Shown here in pieces: positions 36,012-49,284 of a stretch of DNA of 64,000 nt (position 1 is its first letter; each line of letters opens with the position of its first letter). The position numbers were made by a program, and so were the translations under genes. Under the pieces are notes generated by a model that worked only from the letters and a program-made list of their open reading frames with translations, had not been told where the DNA came from and ran no database searches. Source of the stretch: Leucoraja erinacea (lineage: Eukaryota); NCBI RefSeq assembly GCF_028641065.1, contig NC_073414.1, forward strand, positions 2,480,001-2,544,000, read 5' to 3'.

Positions 36012-36336
36012 CTGGAGAAACAAAAGCAACATTCAACTCAGACAGCATCTCTGATACCGACCTCTCTCTCTCTCTCTGTTCATGGCCTCCTCTATCGTCA
36101 GTGTGAGGCCAAATGTAAATGTTTAAGAAGGAACTGCACATGCTGGAAAATCGAAGGTAGACAATAATGCTGGAGCAACTCAGCGGGTGCAGCAACATCT
36201 ATGGAGCTAAGGAAATAGGCAACGTTTCGGGCCGAAACCCGGAAGGGTTTCGCCCCGAAACGTTGCCTATTTCCAGAAGGGTTTCGGCCCGAAACGTTGC
36301 CTATTTCCTTAGCTCCATAGATGCTGCTGCACCATC

Positions 36337-36675
36337 TCAGTGGGTCAGGCAGCATCTGTGGAGAACATGGATAGGTGACGTTTCACAGAGTGCTGGAGTA
36401 ACTCAGCAGGTCAGGCAGCATCTGTGGAGAACATGGATAGGTGACGTTTCACAGAGTGCTGGAGTAACTCAGCGGGTCAGGCAGCATCTGTGGAGAACAT
36501 GGATAGGTGACGTTTCACAGAGTGCTGGAGTAACTCAGCGGGTCAGGCAGCATCTGTGGAGAACATGGATAGGTGATGTTTCACAGAGTGCTGGAGTAAC
36601 TCAGCGGGTCAGGCAGCATCTGTGGAGAACATGGATAGGTGACGTTTCACAGAGTGCTGGAGTAACTCAGCGGGT
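36337..36675 (+). repeat. 66-bp tandem array (about 5 units) of pLTR-derived sequence
   Basis: Unit CAGAGTGCTGGAGTAACTCAGCGGGTCAGGCAGCATCTGTGGAGAACATGGATAGGTGACGTTTCA. A second array lies at about 37390-37637. Confidence 0.9.
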
Positions 36676-37057
36676 GCAGCAGCATCTATGGAGCGAAGGA
36701 AATAGGCAACGTTTTGGGCCGCAGTCATTTTCAGACCAAATGTAATTAGAGGAGCATCACCTCATATTTCTCTTGGGCAGCTTACAAACCAGCGGTATGA
36801 ATATTGATTTCTCCAACTCCAATTAACCCTTGCATCCCCTTTTTTTCTCTCTCTTTCTCTCGCTGTCGAAGATAGACACAAAGAGCTGTAAATCAGCGGG
36901 TCAGGCAGCAACTCTGGCGAACATTGTTATGCGATGTTCTTGCTGTCCATTCCCACTCAGCATGGACGGTAGGTTTAGACATCAACGGAAAGCAAATAAT
37001 TAATGCAAAACTTTCCCCCCCAAGATAAAGCTACTCTTCAATAATTCATCAAGTTAC

Positions 37058-37103
37058 CTCATGGGCAGATCCTGGATGTCAACGGCATGATCCATGAAGT
37101 ACC
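37058..37103 (-). CDS. SARS2: SARS2 exon 10 (46 bp)
   Basis: GYFMDHAVDIQDLPMR|gtaact. Confidence 0.92.
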
Positions 37104-38590
37104 CTGGAAAACAACAGCATCTTTCAATGTGAGCAGAGCTTAGAAAGTATTACAAAGGAGCTAGTGTGGAACTAAGTAATTACAGCACTATCACTATTCT
37201 TTGACTCAGGTGGGCACAGAGTGCTGGAGTAACTCAGCGGGTGCAGCAGCATCTATGGAGCTATGGAAATAGGCAACATTTTGGGCCGAAATCCGGAAGG
37301 GTTTCGGCCCAAAACGTTGGCTATTTCCAGAAGGGTTTCGGCCCGAAAAGTTGCCTATTTCCTTAGCTCCATAGATGCTGCTGCACCATAACTCAGTGGG
37401 TCAGGCAGCATCTGTGGAGAACATGGATAGGTGACGTTTCACAGAGTGCTGGAGTAACTCAGCAGGTCAGGCAGCATCTGTGGGGAACATGGATAGGTGA
37501 CGTTTCACAGAGTGCTGGAGTAACTCAGCGGGTCAGGCAGCATCTGTGGAGAACATGGATAGGTGACGTTTCACAGAGTGCTGGAGTAACTCAGCGGGGC
37601 AGGCAGCATCTGTGGAGAACATGGATAGGTGACATTTCGTGACGGCACTCTTTTTCACACTGGAGAAGGGTCCCGATCCAAAACGTTCTCCAGAGATGCA
37701 TGCCTGACCTCACGGAGTTACTCCAGCGCTTTATGTTTACGAAGGTACTGCAGATGCTGGAAAAATCGAAAGTAGATAAAAATGCTGGAGAAACACAGCG
37801 GGTGCAGCAGCATCAATGATACTGCCTCAGCCGCTGAGTTTCTCCAGCATTTTTATCTACCAGCGCTTTATGTCCTTTTTGCAAACCAGCAGTTCCTTGT
37901 TCCTTCGGCCTTTTCCGTCCTGGTTTATCCGGCTTTCCCTTAGAAGTACACGCTGTTCACCCCAACTACTGCCCATCGACGCTCTGACCCATATTCAACT
38001 GGGGTACGGAAGCTTTCTCTGTCTACATTTATTGGAGTCACTACCTTGGTGTGTAGCTGTAGACTCATGTTAGGACCGAGATTGTCCAACAGTCCAAGAT
38101 TGTTAAAGGCTTGGACACACGAGAGGCATGAAACATGTTCCCGATGTTGGGGGAGTCCAGAACCAGGGGCCACACACAGTTTAAGAATAAGGAGTAGGCC
38201 ATTTAGAACGGAGACGAGGAAACACTTTTTCATACAGAGAGTGGTGAGTCTGTGGAATTCTCTGCCTCAGAGGGCGGTGGAGGCCGGTTCTCTGGATGCT
38301 TTCAAGAGAGAGTTAGATAGGGCTCTTAAAGATAGTAGAGTCAGGGGATATGGGGAGAAGGCAGGAACAAGGTACTGATTGGGGATGATCAGCCATGATC
38401 ATATTGAATGGCGGTGCTGGCTCGAAGGGCCGAATGGCCTCCTCCTGCACCTATTGTCTATTGACCCAGTTGCCCTGTCTACCATTAAAGAAGGGTCCCG
38501 ACCCTTAACGTCCCTCTGGGAGTGTGGCCTGTCCCGCTGAGTTGGTCCAGCATTTCCCGTCTATCCCAGCTCATTCTGTTGCGACTTTAC

Positions 38591-38699
38591 CTGCGATGCC
38601 GACCTCAGCTGTCCCCGCGAGAGAGAGATCTTCAAAGCGAGTGGGGTCGAGCTGGTAAACCTGGGAGGACTTGGCGTTGGGCCTCATCCCACAGCCCTC
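38591..38699 (-). CDS. SARS2: SARS2 exon 9 (109 bp)
   Basis: [36 protein letters not shown]|gtaaag. Confidence 0.95.
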
Positions 38700-39325
38700 C
38701 TGCAAGAACAGGAGATTCAGTAGTGGCATTGCAATAGAAACTCATCCACAGTTGCACATATCCGACTCACAAGTGCACCATGCAGCACTTCCAATATCCA
38801 GCTCCACTGACTTTATGTGTAGGAAGTAACTGCAGATAGACACAAAATGCTGGAGCAACTCAGCGGGTGAGGCAGCATCTCTGGAGAGAAGGAATGGGAG
38901 ACGTTCGCCCATTCCTTCTTCTGGAAAATTGCCCAACGCATCACCGGTTCCTCGCTCCCCTCCATTGAGTCTGTCCAAAGCAAGCGCTGTCTGCGGAGGG
39001 CGCTCAGCATCGCCAAGGACTGCTCTCACCCCAACCATGGACTGTTTACCCTCCTACCATCTGGGAGGCGCTACAGGTCTCTCCGTTGCCGAACCAGCAG
39101 GTCGAGGAACAGCTTCTTCCCGGAGGCTGTCACTCTACTCAACAACGTACCTCGGTGACTGCCAATCACCACCCCCCCCCCCCAGACACTTATTATTATT
39201 TATTCAAATCGTTTGCTATGTCGCTCTTCCAGGGAGATGCTAAATGCATTTCGTTGTCTCTGTACTGTACACTGACAATGACAATTAAAATTGAATCTGA
39301 ATCTGAGATGCTGCCTTACCCGCTG

Positions 39326-39641
39326 AGTTCCCACGGTACGAGTTCATTCCAAGAGCTCTCCCGAGTTTTAAAAAAAATCAAACTCGTGGTAAACATGGAG
39401 AATGAATGTAGCGGGTACGTGGGAGCTCGGGAACGTCTCTTAGCGCTAACGGCAGGTACTCGGGAAGACTCGCTAACGGCAGGTAAGCGCGGGGAAGACT
39501 CGTGAAGATTTTTCAACATGATGAAACAATGTCCACGAGAGCCCCGAGTACCGACGAGCGGCCATTACCGTAAATCTCAGAGTTCGACTCAAGGCAAACT
39601 CGGGAGAGCTCTTGGAATGAACGCGTACCGTGGGACAGGGG
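39326..39641. mobile_element. Harbinger-like MITE
   Basis: Inverted repeats TCCCACGGTACGAGTTCATTCCAAGAGCTCTCCCGAGTTT / AAACTCGGGAGAGCTCTTGGAATGAACGCGTACCGTGGGA. Confidence 0.65.
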
Positions 39642-40199
39642 TTTAACGCCAGCATTTTGTGTCTGCATCCGATTTAAACCAGCATCTGCGGTTCTTTCCC
39701 ACACAAGTAACTGCAGATGCTGGTTTAAACCAAAAATAGACACAAAATGCTGCAGTAACTCAGCGGGACAGGCAGCATGTCTGGAGAGAAGGAATAGGTG
39801 AAGAAGGTTCTTGATCCAAAAACGCCACCCCAGAAACGATGCTGCCTGTCCCGTTGAGTTACTCCAGCATTTCGTGTCTATCCATTAAATATGGTATGTT
39901 CATCATGCTCTCGTGTACCAAGATACAGACGAGAGATTTCTTTGCCTGCTATTCAGTCAAATTATACCTCACTATTAAGTACCTGAGTACAATTAAACCC
40001 TACACAAGGTCAGAATGTAGTGAGACAAAGAAAAGTGAACCACACACAGAAATTAGCCACAATGTCTACAGATGTTGCTTTACAAAGACACAAAGTACTG
40101 GAGCAACTCGACGGGTCAGGCAGCATCTCTGGTGACATTTTGGGTCAGGACCGTTCTTCGGACCGATTGTGGTAGGGAGGAGAACATTGGAAGAGAGGT

Positions 40200-40232
<33 letters not shown>

Positions 40233-40783
40233 AGGGGGGGAGGACAAAGCCCAGTAAATGATAGGTGGAAGGTACACAAAAATGCTGGAAAAACTCAGCG
40301 AGTGCAGCAGCATCTATGGAGCGAAGGAAAAAGGCAACGTTTCGGGCCGAAACCCTTCAATGATAGGAGGATACAGGTGAAAAGCAACATGTTAGGTAGA
40401 CAAAAATGCTGGAGAAACTCAGCAGATGCAGCAGCATCTATGGAGCGAAGGAAATAGGCAACGTTTCGGCCCGAAACCCTTCCGGGTTTCGGCCCGAAAC
40501 GTTGCCTATTTCCAGAAGGGTTTGGGGCTGAAACGTTGCCTATTTCCTTCGCTCCATAGATGCTGCTGCACCCGCTGAGTTTCTCCAGCATTTTTGTGCA
40601 CCTGGGATTTTCCAGCATCTGCAGTTCCTTCTTAAAAGCAACATGCTGGTACGCTTAGATGAAGATGGACCGATAGTGAGGTGCGTAAATACTATTTCTG
40701 AAAATACAGAAGCGAGGAGTTGGGCCAAATGGCCTGTGTCAGTGCTGTTAATCCCATGGAATCCCACGGTTTTCTATACTCAC

Positions 40784-40831
40784 AAACACAGCCCCTTTCA
40801 GCATATCTGGAACGGTTATTGCAACAAATCC
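40784..40831 (-). CDS. SARS2: SARS2 exon 8 (48 bp)
   Basis: GFVAITVPDMLKGAVF|gtgagt. Confidence 0.92.
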
Positions 40832-41005
40832 CTGAAAAGAGGAAATAGGTCGTCAAGGCAAAGTATTGACTCCATTTGTCAGTACAATTATCATAGAATT
40901 GTACAGCGCGGAAACAGGCCGTTCGGTCCAACACATCCAAACATTGGGCACTCAGCTGCATTAACACCATCGCTTGATCCAGAGCCTTCTATGCAGAAGG
41001 GATTC

Positions 41006-41635
41006 AATAATAATAATATAATAACAATAATAATAACTTTATTTATAAAGCGCTTTTAGACAACATCAGTTACCACAAAGTGCTGTACATGGGAAGTCAA
41101 CAAAAAGTTATTACAAACTACTAAAACCATTAAGACGACAGGACTATAAAAACAGTAAAAATTAAAAGACATTAAAAGCACTAAAAACAGGAACAAAGTC
41201 TCAGCCAGTGTCGAAAGCCAGTGAATAAAAGTGAGTTTTTAGGGAGGATTTAAAGATGGACAGTGAAGGGGCCTGTCTGATCTGCAGCGGCAAGGTGTTC
41301 CAGAGTGCCGGGGCAGCCACAGAAAAGGCTCTATCCCCTCTGAGCTTCTGCTTAGACCTTGGTACCTCAAGGAGCAGCTGATCCGCTGACCTGAGGCACC
41401 GGGTAGGAGCATATAGGTGGAGCAGCTCAGAGAGGTAAGGCGGGGCGAGGCCATTCAAAGATTTAAAAACAAATAAAAGAATTTTAAAATGAACTCGAAA
41501 GTGCACTGGGAGCCAGTGAAGGGAGGCCAAAATTGGCGTAATGTGCTCCCTCTTTCGAGTTCGAGTTCCGGTTAAAAGGCGAGCGGCAGCATTTTGGACC
41601 AACTGGAGACGAGCCAACGAAGCTCGTGAGACTCA
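41006..41635 (-). mobile_element. L2 LINE 3' end
   Basis: LQLVQNAAARLL...HITPILASLHWLP...RAFSVAAPALWNTLP...FKSSLKTHFY, with 3'UTR and (TTA)n tail. Confidence 0.9.
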
Positions 41636-41851
41636 AGAATAAGTGGTGTACACACTTGGGGCAATTTACAGAGGGGCAATTAACCCACGAACTCGCACGT
41701 CTTTGGGATGTGGGAGGAAAACCCACGCGGTCACGGGGAGAACGTGCACCTGAGATCCGGGTCTCTGGCGCTGTGAGGCAGCTGCTCTTTGCAAGGGTGA
41801 AGTGAACCAGGAGATGGGAATGCAAGCTGGGTTTGGATCAAAGAGGCTCAC

Positions 41852-41957
41852 CTTCTTGAGCAGCTTGTTCATTGTGAATTGGACCAAGGCGAGCTGCAGT
41901 TCGCTGCCCGCTCCTCGGAGGTAGTAGGATCGATGACCGGACACATGCGAGAGCCGC
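41852..41957 (-). CDS. SARS2: SARS2 exon 7 (106 bp)
   Basis: [35 protein letters not shown]|gtgagc. Confidence 0.95.
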
Positions 41958-43472
41958 CTAGGTCAGGAGTAAATACGATGTTTAACCTTTAAAACCCGAG
42001 ACAACAGGCGCTGAAACAAGCTTCCCTTTTAGCCAAAGTCACGGAAGCTGCTTGGATAGACTGGAAGCTGTGAAAATGTTAAAATTGCAGCCAGTTTTCT
42101 GCAGAAAAAAAAGCAAGGAACTTTGAATTCTCATCCCAAGAAGTCAGTGATTGTGGAGCCAATGTAAAATTTTAGAACTGAGATTTTTTTGGGTGGGGAT
42201 TTCAGAGGATATGGATCATCGATAATGAATGGAGTCAAACTTTAACGCTTAACTGAATGGAGAATTGGTTTGAAGGAAAGAATATTTTTCCCCCCTACAA
42301 TTTCCTTGTAACAAGAAGTTTACTTTGGAGATCCAGCATGGAAACAGGCCCTTCAGTGGAGGCCAAGTCACTGGATGGATTTAAGAGAGAGTTAGATAGA
42401 GCTCTAGGGGCTGGTGGAGTCGAGGGATATGGGGAGAAGGCAGGCACGGGTTATTGATAGGGGACGATCAGCCATGATCACAATGAATGATGGTGCTGGC
42501 TCGAAGGGCCGAATGGCCTCCTCCTGCACCTAGTTTCTACGTTTCTATATACGTGGCGGTTCTTTGCATATTTTATGTATGGTTTGCAAAACAAAGAATT
42601 TCACTGCGACATGGCACGTGATGCATCGGGGCAGTCTTTGATTGATTGAGGAAGGAAGTGTTTGAAGATCAAGGCTAAGATCACGACCATATGGAGAGCT
42701 GTGATCCCTGGCCCCCTGTATGCCACCACTGAGTCACCCACCACCTACAGCTAGCATCACAAAGTGCTAAAGAGCCAACACTGCCCTTGATCTGATATGT
42801 GCACTTCAAACACTTGTGCTGCTATCTAATTAAGTTCATTGCCTGCTCGTGTGTGATTACTTACTATGCTTCCAGGGGACATAACTGATGGGTAAATGAC
42901 ATGAATTTAAGTTGCATTAAACAGCTGGAGACTAATTGCTTCATTTGTTTGGCAATGCCAGTGTGTTTTAAAAACAATATTCAGCCTTCAAAGACAGCAT
43001 CCCTTGATGGATTCCACTAAAGAGAGAGATAACCTTAGATGTGTTTCATTTAAAATCTGGGGCATAACATAATGAGGCCATTTCAACTTCAAAAGCAAAA
43101 AATGGTCTTCATTTGTATGGTCTTTTGTCAGGTTGTACATTACATCTGAAGGCAATGAATCATTTTCATATTGCAGAGCCCGACATGTAGGCATACACAA
43201 TGAGGCAGCCATCTTTAGCAAAGTCCACGCTCAAGGGAGAAGAGTAACTACATTGAAGATACACACAGAAAGCTGGGACAGGCTGCAACTAGAGAGAAGG
43301 AATGGGTGATGTTTCCGATCGAGACCCACCTGCAGGTCAATCCAATTAAAGTTTCAATTTTAAAAAAATTAAGCTGGAAATTTAAACATTAAACATGGGG
43401 GAAAATCCAGTGCAAATTAATCTCACTGCCACAATAGTCTGAGATCTAGCTAACACCACAAATATTGCTTAC

Positions 43473-43536
43473 CTCTGTCTGATAATGTCCAGATCCTCGC
43501 CAATTTGCAAATGACCTTTGGGTTTAAAATCAAACA
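43473..43536 (-). CDS. SARS2: SARS2 exon 6 (64 bp)
   Basis: VFDFKPKGHLQIGEDLDIIRQ|gtaagc. Confidence 0.92.
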
Positions 43537-43740
43537 CTAGAAAACAAAAGGAAATGGTCAGGACATTATTGTTGAGGAAAAATTGATGCAATTTATCTGC
43601 CAGATGCTTTTGGGCTGTAAATCAGAATTCCCAAAGAATAAAAAAAAAAGAGACAGTAACTCAGCGGGGGCAGGCAGTATTGGTTGTTTGTTATAAATGA
43701 TTTCAGTATTGTGACCACCAATATCCATAAAAACCCTTAC

Positions 43741-43795
43741 CTGGTTTCTCCCCAACCATTTCAACCACAACAGCCTGGCTTTCATCACCTATGGG
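43741..43795 (-). CDS. SARS2: SARS2 exon 5 (55 bp)
   Basis: PIGDESQAVVVEMVGEKP|gtaagg. Confidence 0.92.
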
Positions 43796-44208
43796 CTTCC
43801 ATAGAAAAACAGAAAGGTTAGAATTAATATTAGGAATAAATAAATCAACAAGAAACAAGACCAAGTGACCGTTTCGCCAAACACTTGTGCTCGGTCTGCC
43901 AAGCCTGCTGCATCTTTTGGTTGCTAACCATTTAACTCCTCTACCCATTCCCACACGGATCTTTCTGTCCTGTGCCTCCATTACCAGGGTGAGGCCATGC
44001 AGAAACTGGAGGAACAGCACCTCATATTCTGCTTGAGTAGCTTACAACCCAATGGTGTGACCAGTGATTTCTCCAATCTTAGGTACTGCATAACCCTCCT
44101 CCTCCATCTTCTCCCTCCTTCTTGCCCCGAGAAGTGGGGACGCGCATGCACACACAGACGCGCATGCACACACAGACGCACATACACAGAGAAACAGACA
44201 CAAATTAC

Positions 44209-44349
44209 CACACTAGGATGAGTCCAGTTTGGTAGCTTCAATGCTTTCACATAGAAGCGTTCATCCAGCTGATTCTCTTGATCATAGAGTACATTTAATT
44301 CCAAGCGAATTTCCTTCCCCCGTTTTCGCAGCCGTAAGAATTCAGGATG
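44209..44349 (-). CDS. SARS2: SARS2 exon 4 (141 bp)
   Basis: HPEFLRLRKRGKEIRLELNVLYDQENQLDERFYVKALKLPNWTHPSV. Confidence 0.92.
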
Positions 44350-45179
44350 CTGTGTCGAGAGAAAGCAGGTACAGGATACTGAGTTGGATGATCAGCCATG
44401 ATCATATTGAATGGCGGTGCAGGCTCGAAGGGCCGAATGGCTTACTCCTGCACCTATTTTCTATGTTTCTATGAATATTAACATATACATAAAATTTAGA
44501 ACAATTATTTCCATTCAAGCCACATTCATCCTCACTTTAACATCTGAACAACAGCAGTGAGATTTACCCAGCTCATGGCAAAGATACACAAAAAAATAAT
44601 AAGCTGTTGAACGCAAATACTTATAAAATTTTATCTTTAACAATTTATTTAATTTTCACTGCACAATATCATAATGTTAGAAGCACTTGCTGCATGCTTA
44701 ACATCATGGCATTCTCTGCAGTTCATGCTGTGACCCAGAACTGCACAACAGGTACTATCTTGTGCATTGACAGCGAGAGAGAGGGAGGAGGTGAGTCGAG
44801 ATAGCATCGCCCCAAAAGAAGTTCCTTCTCAGACCCCCATCCACTGACCTGGATTCAAGGTGCCCACAGTCAGATGGTGCTGCCATGGAGGTTCTCTTAA
44901 CACTTACTGCTGAGGTCATTGCAACCCAACCTGTACAACACCCCTTGGTGCTGCAGTATAGCAGCTGCCTTACAGCCCCAGAGACCCGGGTTCGATCCTG
45001 ACTACGGGTGTAGTCTGTAAGTTCTCCCTGTGACCGCTTGGGCTTTCTCTGAGATCTCTGGTTTCCCCCCACACTCCAAAGACGTGCAGGTTTGCAGGTG
45101 AATAGGCTTGGTTAAATGTAAATTGTCTCTAGTGTGTGTAGGATAGTGTTAGTGTGCGTGGATCGCTGGTGGTACTTAC

Positions 45180-45209
45180 TGACTGAAGAGTTTCTTTGTT
45201 TTCCTTATC
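45180..45209 (-). CDS. SARS2: SARS2 exon 3 (30 bp)
   Basis: ttttttag|DKENKETLQS|gtaagt. Size and phase fit the 10-aa segment expected between exons 2 and 4. Confidence 0.75.
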
Positions 45210-45584
45210 CTAAAAAAACAAAATGAACAAACCAAAAGTTAATCATTAATCAGAATATTAATACTGATAACAGTTTTCCTTTTATCCCCACGATTCGCAC
45301 CCACAATTCTAAATCCCATCCATCCTGACATTATTCCTTCTTCCGCTTATAACCCAGCTTTTTTCTGCCAGTTGATTTTCCGACAACTGGTGGATGGGGC
45401 ACCTCATTCCATCCGGACAAGATTAAGAGAGCGCACTTGAAACTGTATCAATAAACACATGCCGGGGTGAGGTGGCTGATCTGGACCTCATTGGGACTTC
45501 TGCGCTGGTCGGATTTGCCCCCTGTGGACCGGCTGGAGCCAGCAGATCCATTCCTATAGCCGACTTCCGAGGCTGATTTTACAA

Positions 45585-46405
45585 GATACAAGATACAAGA
45601 TACATTTAATTGTCATTTGGACCCCTTGAGGTCCAAACGAAATGCCGTTTCTGCAGCCATACATTACAAACACATAGACCCAAGACACAACATAATTTAC
45701 ATAAACATCCATCACATCGCTGTGATGGAAGGCCTAATAAACTTATCTCTCCACTGCACTCTCCCCCCCCGATGTCAGAGTCCAAGTCAAAGCCCCCGGC
45801 TGGCGATGGCGATTGTCCCGCGGCCATTAAAGCCACGCCGGGTGGTGCGAGGTCGCACACCGGGTCTTGGTGTTAGAGCCCCCGGCGTGCGCTCGCAGAG
45901 TCCCGCGGCCATTCCAAGCCGCGCGGGGCAGTGATGTTAGGCCCCGCTCCAGGAGCTCTTCAACCCCGCAACTCGGGCGGGGGAAGTCGCCGTTGCGAGA
46001 GCCCTGAAAAGCGGTCTCCCTCCAGGGAGCCGCGGGCTCCCGGTGCCGCCGTCCACAGACCTGCCGTTGGAGCCTCCGACTCTCCGGTAGCATCAGCAGC
46101 AGCAGCGCTCCTCCACCGCTCCACCCGCTCCGGACTGGGCCAGCCCCGCGACGGCGACGGTGAGTTGTAGCACCAGAGTCCCCGGCTTCTTCCTGTTGGA
46201 GGCCGCTCCTCGTTGCGGCCCCAACGACAACGGAAACCCGACGAGAAAAGGTCGGGTCTCCAGTGCAGGGAGAGATTTAAAAAGTTTCCCCCCCCCACAC
46301 ACACCCCAACAAAAAATAACAAAAACTACATTAAAATACAGACAGAAAATAATAAAACGCGGACAGACTGCAGAGGCCGCTGCTGACCAGAGTCGCGCTG
46401 CCCAC
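45585..46405 (-). mobile_element. GC-rich non-autonomous retroposon-like element with (TGTATCT)n tail
   Basis: About 0.8 kb CpG-rich insert in SARS2 intron 2 ending in a short-repeat tail. No coherent ORF. Confidence 0.5.
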
Positions 46406-47524
46406 CGAGGCCGAGATACAGGTCGGTATCTCGGCTCCATGGCTGCCTGAACACCACTTCAGCCTCCTGCGCTTCGAGGAATAAAGTCCTAGCTGCCCAA
46501 TCTCTCCCTGTAGCTCCGGCCCTCAAGTCCTGGCAACATCATCGTAAATCTTCTTTGCCCATCCCTCCTTTCCCTGCATGTCCATTTGCCCATCGAAAAC
46601 CATCTTTAATGACAATATGTTTGAGAAGGAACTGCAGATGCTGGAAAAATCGAAGGTAGACAAATTGCTGGAGAAACTCAGCGGGTGAGGCAGCATCCAT
46701 TTAATGGCAATATAGTATGTTTCTTCACCATCACCCCCATCCAGGCAACTCACCACACCGTGTAAAAAAAAAAACCTGCCCAGCACATTTCCTTTAAACT
46801 TTGCCCCTCTCAAATTAAAGCTGTGCCCTCTAGTCTTTGACATTTGCACCCTGAGGGAATAGCATTAATTGTCATTTATAAGGAAAAGTTTCAAGTTTCT
46901 ATCATACTTTGGGGTGTATTTTGGCTTTGAAGTGCTTTCACTACTAATATCCCTGACTCTAACTTTTGAAGATTCTCCTAGCCTTTCGAAACAAAATAAA
47001 TGGGGTGGGAGATTGCAACCTTCAGGTGGTCCGCCCTGTTTCGACGAATGCAATCAACCCGGCGTGCACAATCAAATAAGATCAAATAGAACAAGTTGTC
47101 CAACAACTTTAGGCTGTGCACACCATACGCAAGAAGAACAAACAAAATAAATAATTTCTTCCCTTGCTCCCTATCAATTCCCCATAATATTTAAACACTT
47201 TCATTAAATTATTCAGGCAACTAACAATAACCACAGCTAAAATTGGCCAGGCTGATCCTGCAATGCCACCAGGACAACAGACCTTCATGGTCAGGTTAAG
47301 ATCCCTGCACTTACAACAACTGGGAATTGGAAATGACTCTGTAGACTCTCAGTGTACACTTGTACTGTATCTGAAATGCTCATCTAATATATATCCAAGT
47401 GCTTATCTATACTGAACTGTATACAAAAATGAATTTCACTATACCTCAGTACATGTTACAAGTAAAATACCATGACCACAGCCTTTGTGCAATGTCTTGA
47501 GTAAAATCCAGGCATCATTCTTAC

Positions 47525-47620
47525 CACAAGAGCTTTAACTGAAACACTGATATCGCTTTTCTCATTCTCCAACTTCTCAATTTCCTCTTTTACTTTTGTT
47601 AATTTTTGCCACGTAGACAC
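47525..47620 (-). CDS. SARS2: SARS2 exon 2 (96 bp)
   Basis: VSTWQKLTKVKEEIEKLENEKSDISVSVKALV; ag/gtaag. Confidence 0.9.
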
Positions 47621-49284
47621 CTGTTGGAAAGGAATAACAAGAAAGGGAATTAGAAAAAGGGAAAGATAATTGTGTCTTTTTCCAAAGAGTTCAAGGTGGA
47701 CTTTAAAAACTGATAAAGGGGGCTACACTGTGGCACAGCGGTAGAGTTGCTGCCTCACAGCTCCAGAGACACGGATTCGATCCTGACCACTGGTGCTGAT
47801 CTGGACCTCATGACCACTGTACGGAATTTGTACGTTCTACCTGTGACCGCATAGGTTTTCTTCGAACGCTCTGGTTATTGTTGGCCAATAGACTACAGGT
47901 GCAGGAGTAGGCCATTCGGCACTTCGAGCCAGCACCGCCATTCAATGTGATCATGGCTGATCATCCACAATCAGTACCCCATTCCTGCCTTCTCCCCATA
48001 TCCTCTGACTCTGCTATCTTTGAGAGCCCTATCTAGCTCTCTCTTGAAAGCATCCAGAGAACCTGCTTCCACCACCCCCTGAGGCAGAGAATTCCACAGA
48101 CTCACAACTCTCTGTGAGGAAAAAGTGTTTCCTCGTCTCCGTTCTAAATGACTTACCCCTTATTCTTAAACTGTGGCCCCTGGTTCTGGGCTCCCCCAAC
48201 ATCGGGAACATGTTTCCTACCTCTAGCGTGTGTCCAAACCAAAGATCCTATAGCGGAGCAAGATAGATCACTCCTTTTTTTCATCCATTTCAGTAACCCA
48301 ACACGACTCGCAGTGTAATCAACATTGCGGGGGAACAGTTTGTGTTAACGAAGAAGGGGTTCGGCCCGAAACGTTGCCTATTTCCTTCAGTCTGAAGGGT
48401 TTCAGCCCAAAACGTCAAGTCAAGTTTATTCGTCACATACACATACGAGATGTGCAGTGAAATGAAAACGTTGCCCATTTCCTTCGTTCCATAGATGCTG
48501 CTGCACCCGCTGAGTTTCTCCAGCATTTTTTGTGTACCCTTAATAATCTTATATTTTTCAATGAGGAGCCCTCTCATCCTTCAGCCAGTATGGGCGAGTT
48601 GGGCCGAAGGGCCTGTTTCCATGCTGGTCTCACTCTATGACAGCATCCCCTTTCCCATCAGAACTTCCCCCTCCATCGACTCTTTTAAGTCAAGACTAAA
48701 GACTTATCTATACTCCCAAGCCTTTCCTGACGTCCTCTGAGTGAGGGCTACATGTATATATGTATGGTACACAAAAATGCTGGAGAAATTCAGCGGGTGC
48801 AGCAGCATCTATGGAGCGAAGGAATAGGCAACGTTTCGAGCCGAAACCATTCTTCAGACTGGTGTGTTTTTTTGGGGGTTTTTATTGTGTACTTTCGATC
48901 TTCCTGCATCTGCAGTTCCTTCTTGAACACATGTATATATGTATGTCTGAAGAAGGGTTTCGGCCCGAAACGTTGCCTATTTCTTTCGCTCCATAGATGC
49001 TGCTGCACCCGCTGAGTTTCTCCAGCTTTTTTGTGTACCTATATATGTATGTAGTCTGTTTTGTTGTGCTATTCTTATAACAAATGTACAGCACTTTGGC
49101 CAACGAGAGTTGTTTTTTGTGTACCTTCGATCTTCGTGCATCTGCAGTTCCCTTCTTGAACACATGTGTATATATGTATGTAGTCTGTTTTGTTGTGCTA
49201 TTCTTATAACAAATGTAAAGCACTTTGGCCAACGAGAGTTGTTTTTTAAATGTGCTATATAAATAAATGTGGCTTTACTTCCAA

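Noticed and set aside
36167-36745. 192-aa ORF with 22-aa repeats, and a superficially CRISPR-like array
   Set aside because: Head-to-tail 66-bp TE-derived tandem with no unique spacers, in a vertebrate intron.
45780-46440. CpG-island-like region as an internal promoter
   Set aside because: Better explained as a young GC-rich retroposon with a simple-repeat tail.
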